Shown here piece after piece: positions 1-9,104 of a stretch of DNA of 37,559 nt. Source of the stretch: an uncultured virus (IMG/VR IMGVR_UViG_3300001605_000013) (Duplodnaviria; Heunggongvirae; Uroviricota; Caudoviricetes). Numbering within the stretch: the first letter of the stretch is position 1; every line of letters starts with the position of its first letter. The translations under genes were made by a program, and so were the position numbers. Under the pieces are notes generated by a model. That model did no database searches. It was not told the origin of the DNA and saw only the letters and a program-made list of their open reading frames with translations. The stretch covers positions 62,001 to 99,559 of IMG/VR virus record IMGVR_UViG_3300001605_000013; one strand, written 5' to 3'.

Positions 1-1
1 A

Positions 2-181
2 AGTGTTGCAATCATTGAGGATAAGGCTTATTGGGTTGTTGACAATATGTTCTATCAGGCAGATCTAACTATGGATGGTGAGATTGATAAATCAAGTTCT
101 AGGCCGATTGACGCATTTGAAATGTCTAGCAGGGACGTAACAAAGATGCTTTTTATATTAGACAATCTATCAGAAGGATAA
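2..181 (+). CDS. 5'-truncated hypothetical phage protein
   Basis: Open frame from window edge (SVAIIEDKAYWVVDN...LDNLSEG*) ending just before the next ATG. Confidence 0.75.
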   Translation, partial: SVAIIEDKAYWVVDNMFYQADLTMDGEIDKSSSRPIDAFEMSSRDVTKMLFILDNLSEG

Positions 182-183
182 TA

Positions 184-528
184 ATGAATATCATTGTTCA
201 GGGAACCAAGGAGTTCTCAGACTATAACGTATTTTTGCGTGCCATGGGGGTTGCCCTATCAGATGTCAACGATGGTGAGTTTAACCTCTACTCTGTCGGA
301 CCTTCGCAAATTAACTCTTTTACCGCTGAGTTTTGCAATAGATCGGAAAACAGTTTAAAGCAAAGAGGAATCAAAGCAAAGTTTTTTAGAGTTCCTGCAT
401 CCTTTATTGAAGACAACATGAACACATTTGATTACTTTGCATTTCTTTCAACACCAAATCAAAGGCCATCTAAGTTGGTAGGATCAGCAGAACTGGGCGG
501 AGTAGAAGTTGGAATCTTCAGATACTAG
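184..528 (+). CDS. hypothetical phage protein, possible SLOG/YspA-like fold
   Basis: 114 aa; N-terminal IIVQGTKEFSDY resembles the SLOG start motif; AAGGA RBS. Confidence 0.6.
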   Translation: MNIIVQGTKEFSDYNVFLRAMGVALSDVNDGEFNLYSVGPSQINSFTAEFCNRSENSLKQRGIKAKFFRVPASFIEDNMNTFDYFAFLSTPNQRPSKLVGSAELGGVEVGIFRY

Positions 529-535
529 GAATTTT

Positions 536-916
536 ATGTTGAGCAAGAAAGACAAGGCTTATTTAAGTGTTGCAAGATATTTTGCATTAAAGTCTAGCGC
601 AAGAAATACCCATGGAGCAGTAATTGTAAAGGGAGGCAGGGTAATTGGTACTGGATATAACAGAAATAGAAATCATCCAGCAATAGTTTCTCCAGAACAC
701 ATTAAGACAGATTGCAGCACACATGCAGAAGAATCTGCAATCCGTGATGCACGACATGATGTAAGAAATGCAATTATATATATAGCTAGAGTAAATAAGC
801 ATGGAGAAGATAGGGATAGTGGACCTTGCCCCAGATGTTTAAAGCTAATAAAGAATTCTGGGATAAAGAAAATTATTCACACAACACAATCAGGGAGAGA
901 ATATGTTCGTAACTAG
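536..916 (+). CDS. dCMP/cytidine deaminase family protein
   Basis: HGAVIV, HAEE and PCPRC zinc-deaminase motifs; start moved to ATG 536 after AGGA. Confidence 0.9.
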   Translation: MLSKKDKAYLSVARYFALKSSARNTHGAVIVKGGRVIGTGYNRNRNHPAIVSPEHIKTDCSTHAEESAIRDARHDVRNAIIYIARVNKHGEDRDSGPCPRCLKLIKNSGIKKIIHTTQSGREYVRN

Positions 917-1124
917 TTTGACAGAGATGGAGCAGATAGTTTCCTTTAGACCAGACCTTGAATGGGATGGCTGGAACGTTGTTCACTATAAGAAAAATAC
1001 ATCTGCTCAATTTGATAAAAAGGGAGCATATAAAAATGGTCAATGGTATAAGAGAACAGTTTATGCAATAACAGAAACTGGTTGGTCTATACCCAACTAT
1101 ATGGGGTTGAGAGATGACCTATAA
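903..1124 (+). CDS. hypothetical protein
   Basis: 73-aa ORF overlapping both neighbours, GGGAGA RBS. Confidence 0.75.
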   Translation: MFVTSLTEMEQIVSFRPDLEWDGWNVVHYKKNTSAQFDKKGAYKNGQWYKRTVYAITETGWSIPNYMGLRDDL

Positions 1125-1398
1125 ATGGAAAGATGAGGCTAGATGCCTTGGAATGGATACCAATATATTCTTTGATAAATATGAAGAAGATCAGGCAATT
1201 GCTGCAAGAATAGATAGTTTTTGCAGGGAGTGCCCAGTAAGAAAGCAGTGCTTTGCTGTCGGAGTCTCAAATAAAGAATGGGGAGTCTGGGGTGGTGTTT
1301 ATTTAAAAGAGGGAAATATCGACAGGGAGTTCAACCAGCATAAGACCAAGCAGTCGTGGTTTGATACTTGGCAGTCTTTGACTATGGAGGTAGAATGA
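1114..1398 (+). CDS. whiB: WhiB-family Fe-S transcription factor
   Basis: ARC...FF...CRECPVRKQC...GVWGG signature. Confidence 0.95.
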   Translation: MTYKWKDEARCLGMDTNIFFDKYEEDQAIAARIDSFCRECPVRKQCFAVGVSNKEWGVWGGVYLKEGNIDREFNQHKTKQSWFDTWQSLTMEVE

Positions 1399-1658
1399 TA
1401 TATACACCTAAAATGAAAAAAGAGGTTCACTCAGTTCCAGTCCCTGTTGATTTTGTTATGGATGTTGTAGAATATGAAATGTATCCACCATACATTGGGT
1501 TAAGATTCTATGAGAGTCATTGGAGACATCTAAACGATAATGAAAGACTTAAATGTATCTGGTATATGCAAAGAGTAAAGAACATTATCGAATCTCACGG
1601 AGTTTCCGTCACACTCGATCCAGTATATGACGTTCCTGGAGGACAAAAGCTAGGATGA
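1395..1658 (+). CDS. hypothetical protein
   Basis: ATGA overlap with whiB stop, GGAGG RBS. Confidence 0.75.
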   Translation: MIYTPKMKKEVHSVPVPVDFVMDVVEYEMYPPYIGLRFYESHWRHLNDNERLKCIWYMQRVKNIIESHGVSVTLDPVYDVPGGQKLG

Positions 1659-2611
1659 GTATTTTTATTTCCATTGCATCATACAAAGATACTGAATTAG
1701 TTCCAACAATAAAAAGCTTAATAAAAAATGCAGACAGACCACAAGATCTGTATTTTGGAATTGTTTCACAGGATGTCATTAGCAATCACCCAGATTTATC
1801 TTTTGTAAATAATCTATCATACTTAAAGATGGATTTTAGAGATGCCAGGGGTGCTGGATATGCAAGAAAGCTTGCAATGGAAATGTACAGAGAGGAAGAC
1901 TTTTACTTGCAGATAGACTCCCATATGCGATGCTCTGATGGATGGGATACAAAAATAAAAAACACATATCGTCAATCAGTTGAATTGTCAGGAACAGAAA
2001 AAATAATTCTCAGCCAATATCCAGCAGCATATGAAATACATACTGGAGGAAAAGAATATTTTATTCAGGAGCATGAAGAGCTGTGGAGCGAACCTACTTG
2101 GTCAAGGGTACATAATAGGGACAACGGATCGTGGTCATCTATAAGAGAAAGGTTTGATGATCTCTCTAGCCCACATCCATCACATACCGTTTTGGCTGGA
2201 TACCTATTTGCCCCTGGAATATTTGTAAAAGAAATACCATACGATGAAAGAATATCCTTTATGGGTGAAGAGTTGTGTATAGCTATAAGAGCATATACAA
2301 GGTATTGGAAGATTTATGCGCCAAATGAGATGTTGTTTTGGCACTTTTATAAAAGAAAGCAAAGCCCTAAAATCTGGAATCAAATTGAGGATATCAAGAG
2401 ACCTTTGAAATGGATAGAGATGGAGATGGAATCTAAGCGCATTCAAAAGAATATTCTTACAGGTAAAGAGCAGGGTACCTTTGGTGTAGGAGATTATGAT
2501 AAATATATTGAATATCAAAAACTTATTGGAATTAATTTTAATGAATTCTACAATGAAGAAATAAACAAAAAAGTTAATAAAAATGTAAACACACAAGAAA
2601 TTATATTTTAG
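1655..2611 (+). CDS. GT-A glycosyltransferase of the Skp1/Gnt1-like GlcNAc-transferase (GT60-like) type
   Basis: IFISIASYKD, RGAGYAR, LQIDSH, FMGEE motifs. Confidence 0.85.
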   Translation: MSIFISIASYKDTELVPTIKSLIKNADRPQDLYFGIVSQDVISNHPDLSFVNNLSYLKMDFRDARGAGYARKLAMEMYREEDFYLQIDSHMRCSDGWDTKIKNTYRQSVELSGTEKIILSQYPAAYEIHTGGKEYFIQEHEELWSEPTWSRVHNRDNGSWSSIRERFDDLSSPHPSHTVLAGYLFAPGIFVKEIPYDERISFMGEELCIAIRAYTRYWKIYAPNEMLFWHFYKRKQSPKIWNQIEDIKRPLKWIEMEMESKRIQKNILTGKEQGTFGVGDYDKYIEYQKLIGINFNEFYNEEINKKVNKNVNTQEIIF

Positions 2612-2619
2612 GAGAATCT

Positions 2620-2790
2620 ATGAAGGAACAAGAAGAAAGACTGCTAAGGGATCTAGAGAGTGCTGCTTCTGCTGTCCGTAGAGGCACTGGCGGAAAAGCA
2701 GGAGAGAGTTCAGAAAAGGTATATGGAATAGCATATGCTAAGTGTGTTCAAGCAGGGGTTAAGCCAAAGTTAAGAAATAAGTATAGATAG
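2620..2790 (+). CDS. small basic hypothetical protein (56 aa, not in ORF track)
   Basis: AGGAG RBS; MKEQEERLLRDLESAASAVRRG...KLRNKYR*. Confidence 0.7.
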   Translation: MKEQEERLLRDLESAASAVRRGTGGKAGESSEKVYGIAYAKCVQAGVKPKLRNKYR

Positions 2791-2876
2791 CTGTGACACA
2801 AATAACATACCTTTTAGTTGACTTTTAAACAAAAGTTTGATATTATTAACACATACCCCAAAAGGAGATGATATCT

Positions 2877-3041
2877 ATGAAGACACTTAAAGGTGCCTTT
2901 GAGAATATTTTCACAAAGAAGGTCAAAAGCCATCAGTGGAATGTTTATAAAGAATGGAATTATCAGAGATCTAAAGCCCTTGGTCCTAGCGACTTGGCAG
3001 AGATCGATGCTATCTTTTCTCGTCACATAAATTCTGTTTGA
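2877..3041 (+). CDS. small hypothetical protein (54 aa, not in ORF track)
   Basis: AAGGAG RBS, upstream TTGACT -35-like hexamer; MKTLKGAFENIF...AEIDAIFSRHINSV*. Confidence 0.7.
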   Translation: MKTLKGAFENIFTKKVKSHQWNVYKEWNYQRSKALGPSDLAEIDAIFSRHINSV

Positions 3042-3112
3042 TATTGACATATGTCCACTTTTAATGTAAAATTTAGGAGTGGACAAGTCATATCTATACA
3101 AAGGAGTGTTAA

Positions 3113-3292
3113 ATGTTAGATGCTAGGGGAATTGCAACAAGGGCGTGTCCCAATTGTGGATCTACCTTGTTTACAATCCAAGCCACATTTGATGAAGACT
3201 ACGAGGTTTCAGCATACTTTTTAGATGCAGAGTGTGCTATTTGTACAACAAGGGTGACCGCACCCACACCCCTAGATCTGTTGGAGACATAA
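3113..3292 (+). CDS. small zinc-ribbon protein (59 aa, not in ORF track)
   Basis: AAGGAG RBS; CPNC...CAIC. Confidence 0.75.
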   Translation: MLDARGIATRACPNCGSTLFTIQATFDEDYEVSAYFLDAECAICTTRVTAPTPLDLLET

Positions 3293-3522
3293 TGGAATTT
3301 TATGCAAAGATTACTTTTGTTAACAAGGGGATGTACAGGTGCTGTGCTACAGTATGGAAGTCAGATAATGGGATTGATAGCATTTGGAAGGTAAAGAAGT
3401 TTATAAGATCTGAATCAGCCTACCGATGGGCATCAAGAAATATAATAAAACAAGTATTTGAACAATCAGACTCCCTGTTCATAAAAGAACAGGATATTAT
3501 AAGGAGAAAATGGAATGACTAA
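3292..3522 (+). CDS. hypothetical protein
   Basis: TAATG coupling, GGAG RBS. Confidence 0.65.
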   Translation: MEFYAKITFVNKGMYRCCATVWKSDNGIDSIWKVKKFIRSESAYRWASRNIIKQVFEQSDSLFIKEQDIIRRKWND

Positions 3523-3700
3523 CGAAGATCTATTACAGAAGACACTAAACACAACAATAGAGCGTTTGGCTCGGCAAGCAATTAACTACGAGGCAGAGAT
3601 TGCCAATCTTAATTCTCAGATTTTTATTTTAAATAATAAAATTGAGGAATTGAGCAAGACTCATGCAGAAAAACAAACAAAACAAAACACTGAAAAATAA
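3515..3700 (+). CDS. small coiled-coil protein
   Basis: 61 aa with heptad pattern, AGGAG RBS. Confidence 0.7.
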   Translation: MTNEDLLQKTLNTTIERLARQAINYEAEIANLNSQIFILNNKIEELSKTHAEKQTKQNTEK

Positions 3701-3734
3701 TATTTATTTTAAGAAAATACTCAAAGGAGATTCA

Positions 3735-5366
3735 TTGAAAATTTTAGGAATAAGTCCAGCACACGACAGCAGCGCATGTCTCTATGAGGATGGAGAGATT
3801 GTCGCTTTTTATAAAGAAGAAAGGCTTTCAGGAAAAAAAAGAGACAAGTTTCCAATGCTTTCTGTTCAAAAAATTTTAAAAAACATAGACTACGTTGATT
3901 TGGTGGTTTACTGCGGTGTTGTAAAGCATGAATATGAGTTTAATTATTTTAAAATGGTTGTTAATAAATTTGTAAGATATGATAAAATTATAAATTTTTC
4001 TGATAATCATCATCTACAACACGCTAGTTTAGCATTTTATAACAGTGGCTTTGATAGCGCAGCAGCGATCATAATTGATCGAAATGGATCTATGCTTTTA
4101 AATTCATGTAGGGAGGCAGAGACTATCTATTCTGTTTCGTATCCAGCAAACTTTAAGGAGATATATAAAAGTCTTTGGGTTTTTGAAAATTCTGCTCATG
4201 CTGAAATTAAAATTCTTAATGAAAATGAAGAAGATGATTGCGAATATGAGGCTAAATCAATGTTTGGAATAGTTAAAGTTTATGAAACAGCAACTAACCT
4301 AATTGGTCAACATGTTCTTGAAAATGGAAAAACTATGGGCTTGTCTGCTTATGGAAACAAAAAAAATAAATCTATGGATCTGTTTGTAGATGGAACAAAT
4401 ATCCCCAGCGATTTCCACTTTGGTCATGATGAAAGTCTTGAAGCCATAAATTACCTTTTAGATAAATCAAAAACCTATAATGTTGATCCAAATAACTATC
4501 AGCTATATGCAGACTACGCTTGGCAAGTACAGAAACAAACACAAGAGGCCGTATCCTACTTGATAAGAAAAGCCGTAGATAAAACAGGTAACAAAAATAT
4601 CGTTATTTCTGGAGGATATGGACTTAATGTAGTAGCAAACAGATACTATATTGATAAATTCCCAGAATTAAACTTTTATTTTGAGCCACTAGCAGATGAT
4701 TCTGGAAACAGTATCGGAGGGGCTATGCTTTTCTACCATGAACAAACGCGAGATAAACAGATTCGTCCACTTAAAGACACTTTTTTTCACGGAGAGTCCT
4801 ATCAGATTGACAAAAAAAATGGAACTAAAGTAACCATTTCAGATATAGCAAATAATATTATGTCAAACAAGTCTGTTGCTTTATTTCATGGTAAGGCAGA
4901 AGCGGGTCCAAGGGCTTTAGGTCATAGATCAATTTTGTTTAATGCTATGAATAGCAATGCAAGGGATATTGTAAACAAAATTAAAATGCGTGAATGGTAT
5001 AGGCCATTTGCAGCGGCGGTATTGGAAGAAGATGCTGATCAGTATTTTGATATGGCAGGTATTGGGTCCCCATTTATGACCGTTTCTTTCCCCGTACTCG
5101 ATGGCGTTGCAAAAATGTTTAGCGGTGTCGTTCATGTAGATGGAACCTGTAGAATACAAACAGTAAACAAGGATGTGCCAATTCTTTATCAGCTTCTAAA
5201 AGAAATAAAAAAACTCAGCGGTCATGGTGTTGTTCTTAATACAAGCTTCAATCTTGCTGGAGAGCCATTGGTAGAAACACCAGATGATGCTATAAGGACT
5301 TTACAAAACTCTGAACTTGATGTATTATGGTTTCCTGAAGCAGAAATTGCAATTATCAAGGAGTAG
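3735..5366 (+). CDS. carbamoyltransferase, NodU/CmcH/TobZ family
   Basis: HDSSA, EERLSGKK, HHLQHA, GKTMGLSAYG, GGYGLN, GPRALGHRS, REWYRPFA, LNTSFN; TTG start after AAGGAG. Confidence 0.95.
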   Translation: MKILGISPAHDSSACLYEDGEIVAFYKEERLSGKKRDKFPMLSVQKILKNIDYVDLVVYCGVVKHEYEFNYFKMVVNKFVRYDKIINFSDNHHLQHASLAFYNSGFDSAAAIIIDRNGSMLLNSCREAETIYSVSYPANFKEIYKSLWVFENSAHAEIKILNENEEDDCEYEAKSMFGIVKVYETATNLIGQHVLENGKTMGLSAYGNKKNKSMDLFVDGTNIPSDFHFGHDESLEAINYLLDKSKTYNVDPNNYQLYADYAWQVQKQTQEAVSYLIRKAVDKTGNKNIVISGGYGLNVVANRYYIDKFPELNFYFEPLADDSGNSIGGAMLFYHEQTRDKQIRPLKDTFFHGESYQIDKKNGTKVTISDIANNIMSNKSVALFHGKAEAGPRALGHRSILFNAMNSNARDIVNKIKMREWYRPFAAAVLEEDADQYFDMAGIGSPFMTVSFPVLDGVAKMFSGVVHVDGTCRIQTVNKDVPILYQLLKEIKKLSGHGVVLNTSFNLAGEPLVETPDDAIRTLQNSELDVLWFPEAEIAIIKE

Positions 5367-5370
5367 TAAA

Positions 5371-5865
5371 ATGCAAACATTTGTTCCCTATGCAGATTTT
5401 AACCAATCTGCGTCTGTTCTAGACAACAAAAGATTAAATAAGCAGCTTTTAGAAGGTCGTCAGATTTACAAGATTATTTCTAGCAATCAAACAAAAGGTG
5501 CATGGGTAAATCATCCAGCAGTTAAGATGTGGCGCAACCATGACAATGGATTGTTTGCTTACCTAACTGGCATTCTTAAGGAATGCAACATTAGAGGCAT
5601 TGCAACAGAAAAAAACTGGAATGCTCTTTGTAAAATGCATGAATCAAATTGGAATCGTGGATCAAAAATAACCCTACCTCCTTGGTGGGGGGATAAAAGA
5701 GTTCACCAATCTCATCGTAATAATCTATATCGTAAAGATCCAGAATATTATTCTGAGTTTTCTCAAGATAAATTTATATCTTGTTGTGAAAAGTGTAATT
5801 ACTTTTGGCCTGTATCAAAACATGCCAAAGAATATACATCAGATCCAAATTGGTCTTATGTATAA
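5371..5865 (+). CDS. pyrimidine-dimer DNA glycosylase (DenV/MSMEG_6728-like)
   Basis: MQTFVPY, LDNKRLNKQLLE, HPAVKMW, PPWWG...HQSHRNNLYRKDP. Confidence 0.9.
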   Translation: MQTFVPYADFNQSASVLDNKRLNKQLLEGRQIYKIISSNQTKGAWVNHPAVKMWRNHDNGLFAYLTGILKECNIRGIATEKNWNALCKMHESNWNRGSKITLPPWWGDKRVHQSHRNNLYRKDPEYYSEFSQDKFISCCEKCNYFWPVSKHAKEYTSDPNWSYV

Positions 5866-5884
5866 AAGCATCTAACGATGTTTT

Positions 5885-5958
5885 GCGACAGTAACTCAAT
5901 TGGCTAGAGTTCCTGCCTTCCAAGCAGGGTGTTGTGGGTTCGAGTCCCATCTGTCGCT
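5885..5958 (+). tRNA. tRNA-Gly(TCC)
   Basis: Cloverleaf; anticodon arm CCTGC-CTTCCAA-GCAGG; GTTCGAG T loop. Confidence 0.93.
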
Positions 5959-5962
5959 CTAA

Positions 5963-6035
5963 CTGCATGTAGCTCAACGGATAGAGCAACAGGTTTCTAC
6001 CCTGTCGGTTGGGGGTTCGATTCCCTTCATGCAGA
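5963..6035 (+). tRNA. tRNA-Arg(TCT)
   Basis: Acceptor CTGCATG/CATGCAG; ACAGG-TTTCTAC-CCTGT. Confidence 0.93.
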
Positions 6036-6070
6036 CAATAAAAAAAATAAAAACAAATAGGAGAAAAAAA

Positions 6071-6433
6071 ATGATTAAGAAGTTAATTTCAGTTATTGCT
6101 ATTACAGCAGTTGCTTTTGTTTCAGTACCTGCAGCATCAGCATATCAATCAACAGCCATTGTATCTAAAGCCAGTGATTACAGCTCAAAAAAGAAAAATA
6201 AATTTTGGAGGGTGGCTGTTTCCTTGGAGCCTTCAGTAAAATATGCAAAGAAAAAAGATGTAATTGCCTTGGGAGTGTCAACCTGTGATCTTCTAAGGGC
6301 TGGCGGAGACATGGAAGACCTAGCACTAATTATCTATGAGGCCAATGCTGGATCTGGAGAAGATGCTCTAATTGCTATTGTTGCTTCTGCACCAGTAGTT
6401 CTTTGTACAGATCAACAATATAAGTTTAACTAG
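6071..6433 (+). CDS. secreted protein, DUF732-like
   Basis: Signal peptide ending AASA; ALGVSTCDLLRAG...APVVLC pattern. Confidence 0.65.
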   Translation: MIKKLISVIAITAVAFVSVPAASAYQSTAIVSKASDYSSKKKNKFWRVAVSLEPSVKYAKKKDVIALGVSTCDLLRAGGDMEDLALIIYEANAGSGEDALIAIVASAPVVLCTDQQYKFN

Positions 6434-6467
6434 TAAAAATTCCTAAGCATGAACCAAAACTGCTTAT

Positions 6468-6548
6468 GCTGGATATGCCCCAAGGTGGGGCAGCAGACTG
6501 TAAATCTGTCGCGGTAACGCATGGTTGGTTCGATTCCAACATCCAGCA
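6468..6548 (+). tRNA. tRNA-Tyr(GTA)
   Basis: Acceptor GCTGGAT/ATCCAGC; loop CTGTAAA; long variable arm. Confidence 0.9.
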
Positions 6549-6549
6549 C

Positions 6550-6578
6550 TTGACATATATCTTCGTAATAGATATAAT
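6550..6578 (+). promoter_or_regulatory. consensus sigma-70/SigA promoter
   Basis: TTGACA-17 bp-TATAAT. Confidence 0.85.
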
Positions 6579-6606
6579 ACTCTTAACAACAACAAAGGGA
6601 GATATA

Positions 6607-6843
6607 ATGGATACAATGTTAGAAGAAGTTCAGCAAGAAGAAACTGATCAACTTAATGCACATGACCGTTGTGACTCCTGTCATGCACAGGCATATGTGT
6701 GGGTAGAGGGTGTAAATGGAGATTTGCTTTTTTGTGGTCATCACTTTTCTAAGAATGAAGAAAAGATTCGTGCGTATGCTTTCGAGATAGTTGATGAAAG
6801 ACACAAACTAGAAGTAAAGCGTGAGTCTAGCGCAGCAATTTAA
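6607..6843 (+). CDS. small actinobacterial-type zinc-binding protein
   Basis: DRCDSC...LLFCGHH; GGGAG RBS. Confidence 0.8.
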   Translation: MDTMLEEVQQEETDQLNAHDRCDSCHAQAYVWVEGVNGDLLFCGHHFSKNEEKIRAYAFEIVDERHKLEVKRESSAAI

Positions 6844-6851
6844 CATTGCTC

Positions 6852-6926
6852 GCCTCAATAGCTCAGTGGTAGAGCACTCGCCTTGTAAGCGAGCGGTCAA
6901 CAGTTCAAATCTGTTTTGAGGCTCCA
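6852..6926 (+). tRNA. tRNA-Thr(TGT), CCA encoded
   Basis: Acceptor GCCTCAA/TTGAGGC; CTCGC-CTTGTAA-GCGAG. Confidence 0.95.
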
Positions 6927-6961
6927 TGATATAATTCTTTTATTAATTTAGATGGGAAATA

Positions 6962-7909
6962 ATGGCTAACATAGTTTTTTTGGGTAATTTCAGGGTAGAC
7001 TATTCTACAGAAAGCCATCATGCAAAAACTCTTCAATCTATGGGGCACAAAGTTATTCAGTTACAGGAAACAGAAGCAAAGAGTGAAGAAATTCTTTCTG
7101 CCGCCAAAAAATCAGATTTGTTTATTTGGACTCACACCCATGGATGGAACACGCCAGGAAGAACAAGCATGTCTAATGTATTAAAAGAATTAAAGACTAG
7201 CAATATTCCTACAATGACGTATCATCTTGATCTGTGGTTTGGTTTAAAAAGACAGAAGGATTTATCTTCTGATCCAGTGTATAAGGAGATTGGTCATTTT
7301 TTTACCGTTGACTCAAAGATGGCTGATTGGTTTAACAAAAAAACATCTGTCAAGGGGCACTACCTTCCTGCTGGGGTATACGATAAAGAGGCTACATATA
7401 AACCAGTAAAACAGTTTAAACAAGATGTAATATTTGTTGGAAGCAAAAGGTATCATCCTGAATGGAAATATCGTCCTCAAATAATTAATTGGTTATCTTC
7501 AGCATATGATAAAAAATTTCAACACTGGGGAAATGACGGTCTTGGAGTTGTTAGAGGAAAAAACTTAAACTCATTGTATGCAAGCACAAAGGTCGTTGTG
7601 GGAGACACGTTGTGCCCTAATTTTAATTATCCAGATTATTGGTCGGATAGAGTTTATGAAACTTTGGGCAGAGGAGGATTTATTATTCATCCCTATATTT
7701 CTGGAATGGAAAAAGAGTTTACCGATAAAGAACATTTAGTTTTTTATGAATACAAAAACTTTAAGCAGCTAAAAGAACTAATTGATTATTATTTAGTTCA
7801 TGATGAAGAAAGAGAAGCGATTAGGCTGGCTGGTCATAAACTGGTTAAAGAAAAATATACATACAGAAATAGATGGGAACATATACTCAAAGAACTGGGG
7901 GTATCGTAA
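6962..7909 (+). CDS. GT-B glycosyltransferase, CgeB-like
   Basis: DVIFVGS, YWSDRVYETLGRGGF, IDYYL..DEEREAIR.AG. Confidence 0.88.
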   Translation: MANIVFLGNFRVDYSTESHHAKTLQSMGHKVIQLQETEAKSEEILSAAKKSDLFIWTHTHGWNTPGRTSMSNVLKELKTSNIPTMTYHLDLWFGLKRQKDLSSDPVYKEIGHFFTVDSKMADWFNKKTSVKGHYLPAGVYDKEATYKPVKQFKQDVIFVGSKRYHPEWKYRPQIINWLSSAYDKKFQHWGNDGLGVVRGKNLNSLYASTKVVVGDTLCPNFNYPDYWSDRVYETLGRGGFIIHPYISGMEKEFTDKEHLVFYEYKNFKQLKELIDYYLVHDEEREAIRLAGHKLVKEKYTYRNRWEHILKELGVS

Positions 7910-8397
7910 TGAAATTTTTAGTCACTGGTCTTGAGTCAAGCTCTACAAAAATAGTGTCAAGGATGGTTGCACAAAATCTAAATTTAATAGATAATGTTGA
8001 TAGTTGGGACGGACATGATTTTGTTTTTGATGATAACAATTTAGTGGTTCATCGAAGCATTCCTCACGGTATTGACGATTACTTTGTCGATGATGAATTT
8101 ATTGAAGGATTTGATTTTATTGTTTTATGTACGAGAGATTGGAACTGCTCTCTTTTATCTAAAATAGAGTATCACGAACATAATGTTGTAAAGGCAAACC
8201 AACAACATGTGCAGGGTATTGAGGTAATAAAAAATATTTCAAACAAAAAGAAAACTTTTATATTTTCTGCAGAAACAGCCTTTCTGCTTCAAGAATCTTA
8301 TACTGTTCCCTTTCTAAAATCTATTGGTATAGACAATCCAAAGCACATTAACTTTGAAAACCCCAATAGAAAATACTTAAAAGAAATAGGGCTGTGA
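7909..8397 (+). CDS. hypothetical protein, possibly sulfotransferase/P-loop-like fold
   Basis: FLVTGLESSSTK and IVLCTRDW resemble PAPS-binding motifs; TAATG coupling. Confidence 0.5.
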   Translation: MKFLVTGLESSSTKIVSRMVAQNLNLIDNVDSWDGHDFVFDDNNLVVHRSIPHGIDDYFVDDEFIEGFDFIVLCTRDWNCSLLSKIEYHEHNVVKANQQHVQGIEVIKNISNKKKTFIFSAETAFLLQESYTVPFLKSIGIDNPKHINFENPNRKYLKEIGL

Positions 8398-8405
8398 TTC
8401 TTTAA

Positions 8406-9104
8406 ATGTATAATTCAGAAAATATAGATTACTTAGTATGCATTCCTGTTTATCAGGTCAATGATAGAACCAGGAGATGCATCTATTCCCTAGATAATTA
8501 CGACCAAGTTTTATTAATTGACAATAGTACAAAAAAAGATTGCAGAGAGTTTGAAAGTCTTGGGCTAGAAGTTTCTTATCAGGAAGAAAACATAGGTGTC
8601 CCTAGATCATGGAATATTGGATTAAAAAGAAATCATGAATGGACTTTTGTTGTTTCTAGTTCGATGTTATTTCCTAACGGATTTAAAAAAATAGCAAACA
8701 TGCTTGATGGATATCAAGGTCTCATGTTTAGAACAAGTCATGTATGGCACTGTAATGCAATAAATAAAAAGCTTGTTGAAAAAATAGGATACTTTGATGA
8801 AAATTTTTATCCAGGATATTTTGAAGACTGCGACTGGGATCATAGATGTGGAATAGAAAAAATAGATGAATACGGAAATATTTTAATAGATGCAGAATGT
8901 CAAATAGATGGTGGAGCAACAAGAGATGGATGCCAAGTAAACATTAATGGTGTTCATGATTACTTCAAACAAAAATGGGGAGGTAATAGGACAAGGGATG
9001 GGTGGGGATACTATCAAAATCCATTTGACAATCCAGATTTCCCCATCTCTTATTGGGAACAGAATAGTATAGAAGATTTAAAGAAGAGGTATAGTCTTTC
9101 ATGA
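8406..9104 (+). CDS. GT2-family glycosyltransferase
   Basis: LLIDNS, NIGVPRSWNIG, GYFDENFYPGYFEDCD. Confidence 0.88.
   Translation: MYNSENIDYLVCIPVYQVNDRTRRCIYSLDNYDQVLLIDNSTKKDCREFESLGLEVSYQEENIGVPRSWNIGLKRNHEWTFVVSSSMLFPNGFKKIANMLDGYQGLMFRTSHVWHCNAINKKLVEKIGYFDENFYPGYFEDCDWDHRCGIEKIDEYGNILIDAECQIDGGATRDGCQVNINGVHDYFKQKWGGNRTRDGWGYYQNPFDNPDFPISYWEQNSIEDLKKRYSLS

Noticed and set aside
5774..6606. ORFs or ORF extensions over tRNAs (5774-5989 minus, 6029 and 6466 upstream starts; also 26822-27025)
   Set aside because: They overlap clear tRNA genes; better starts with RBS lie downstream
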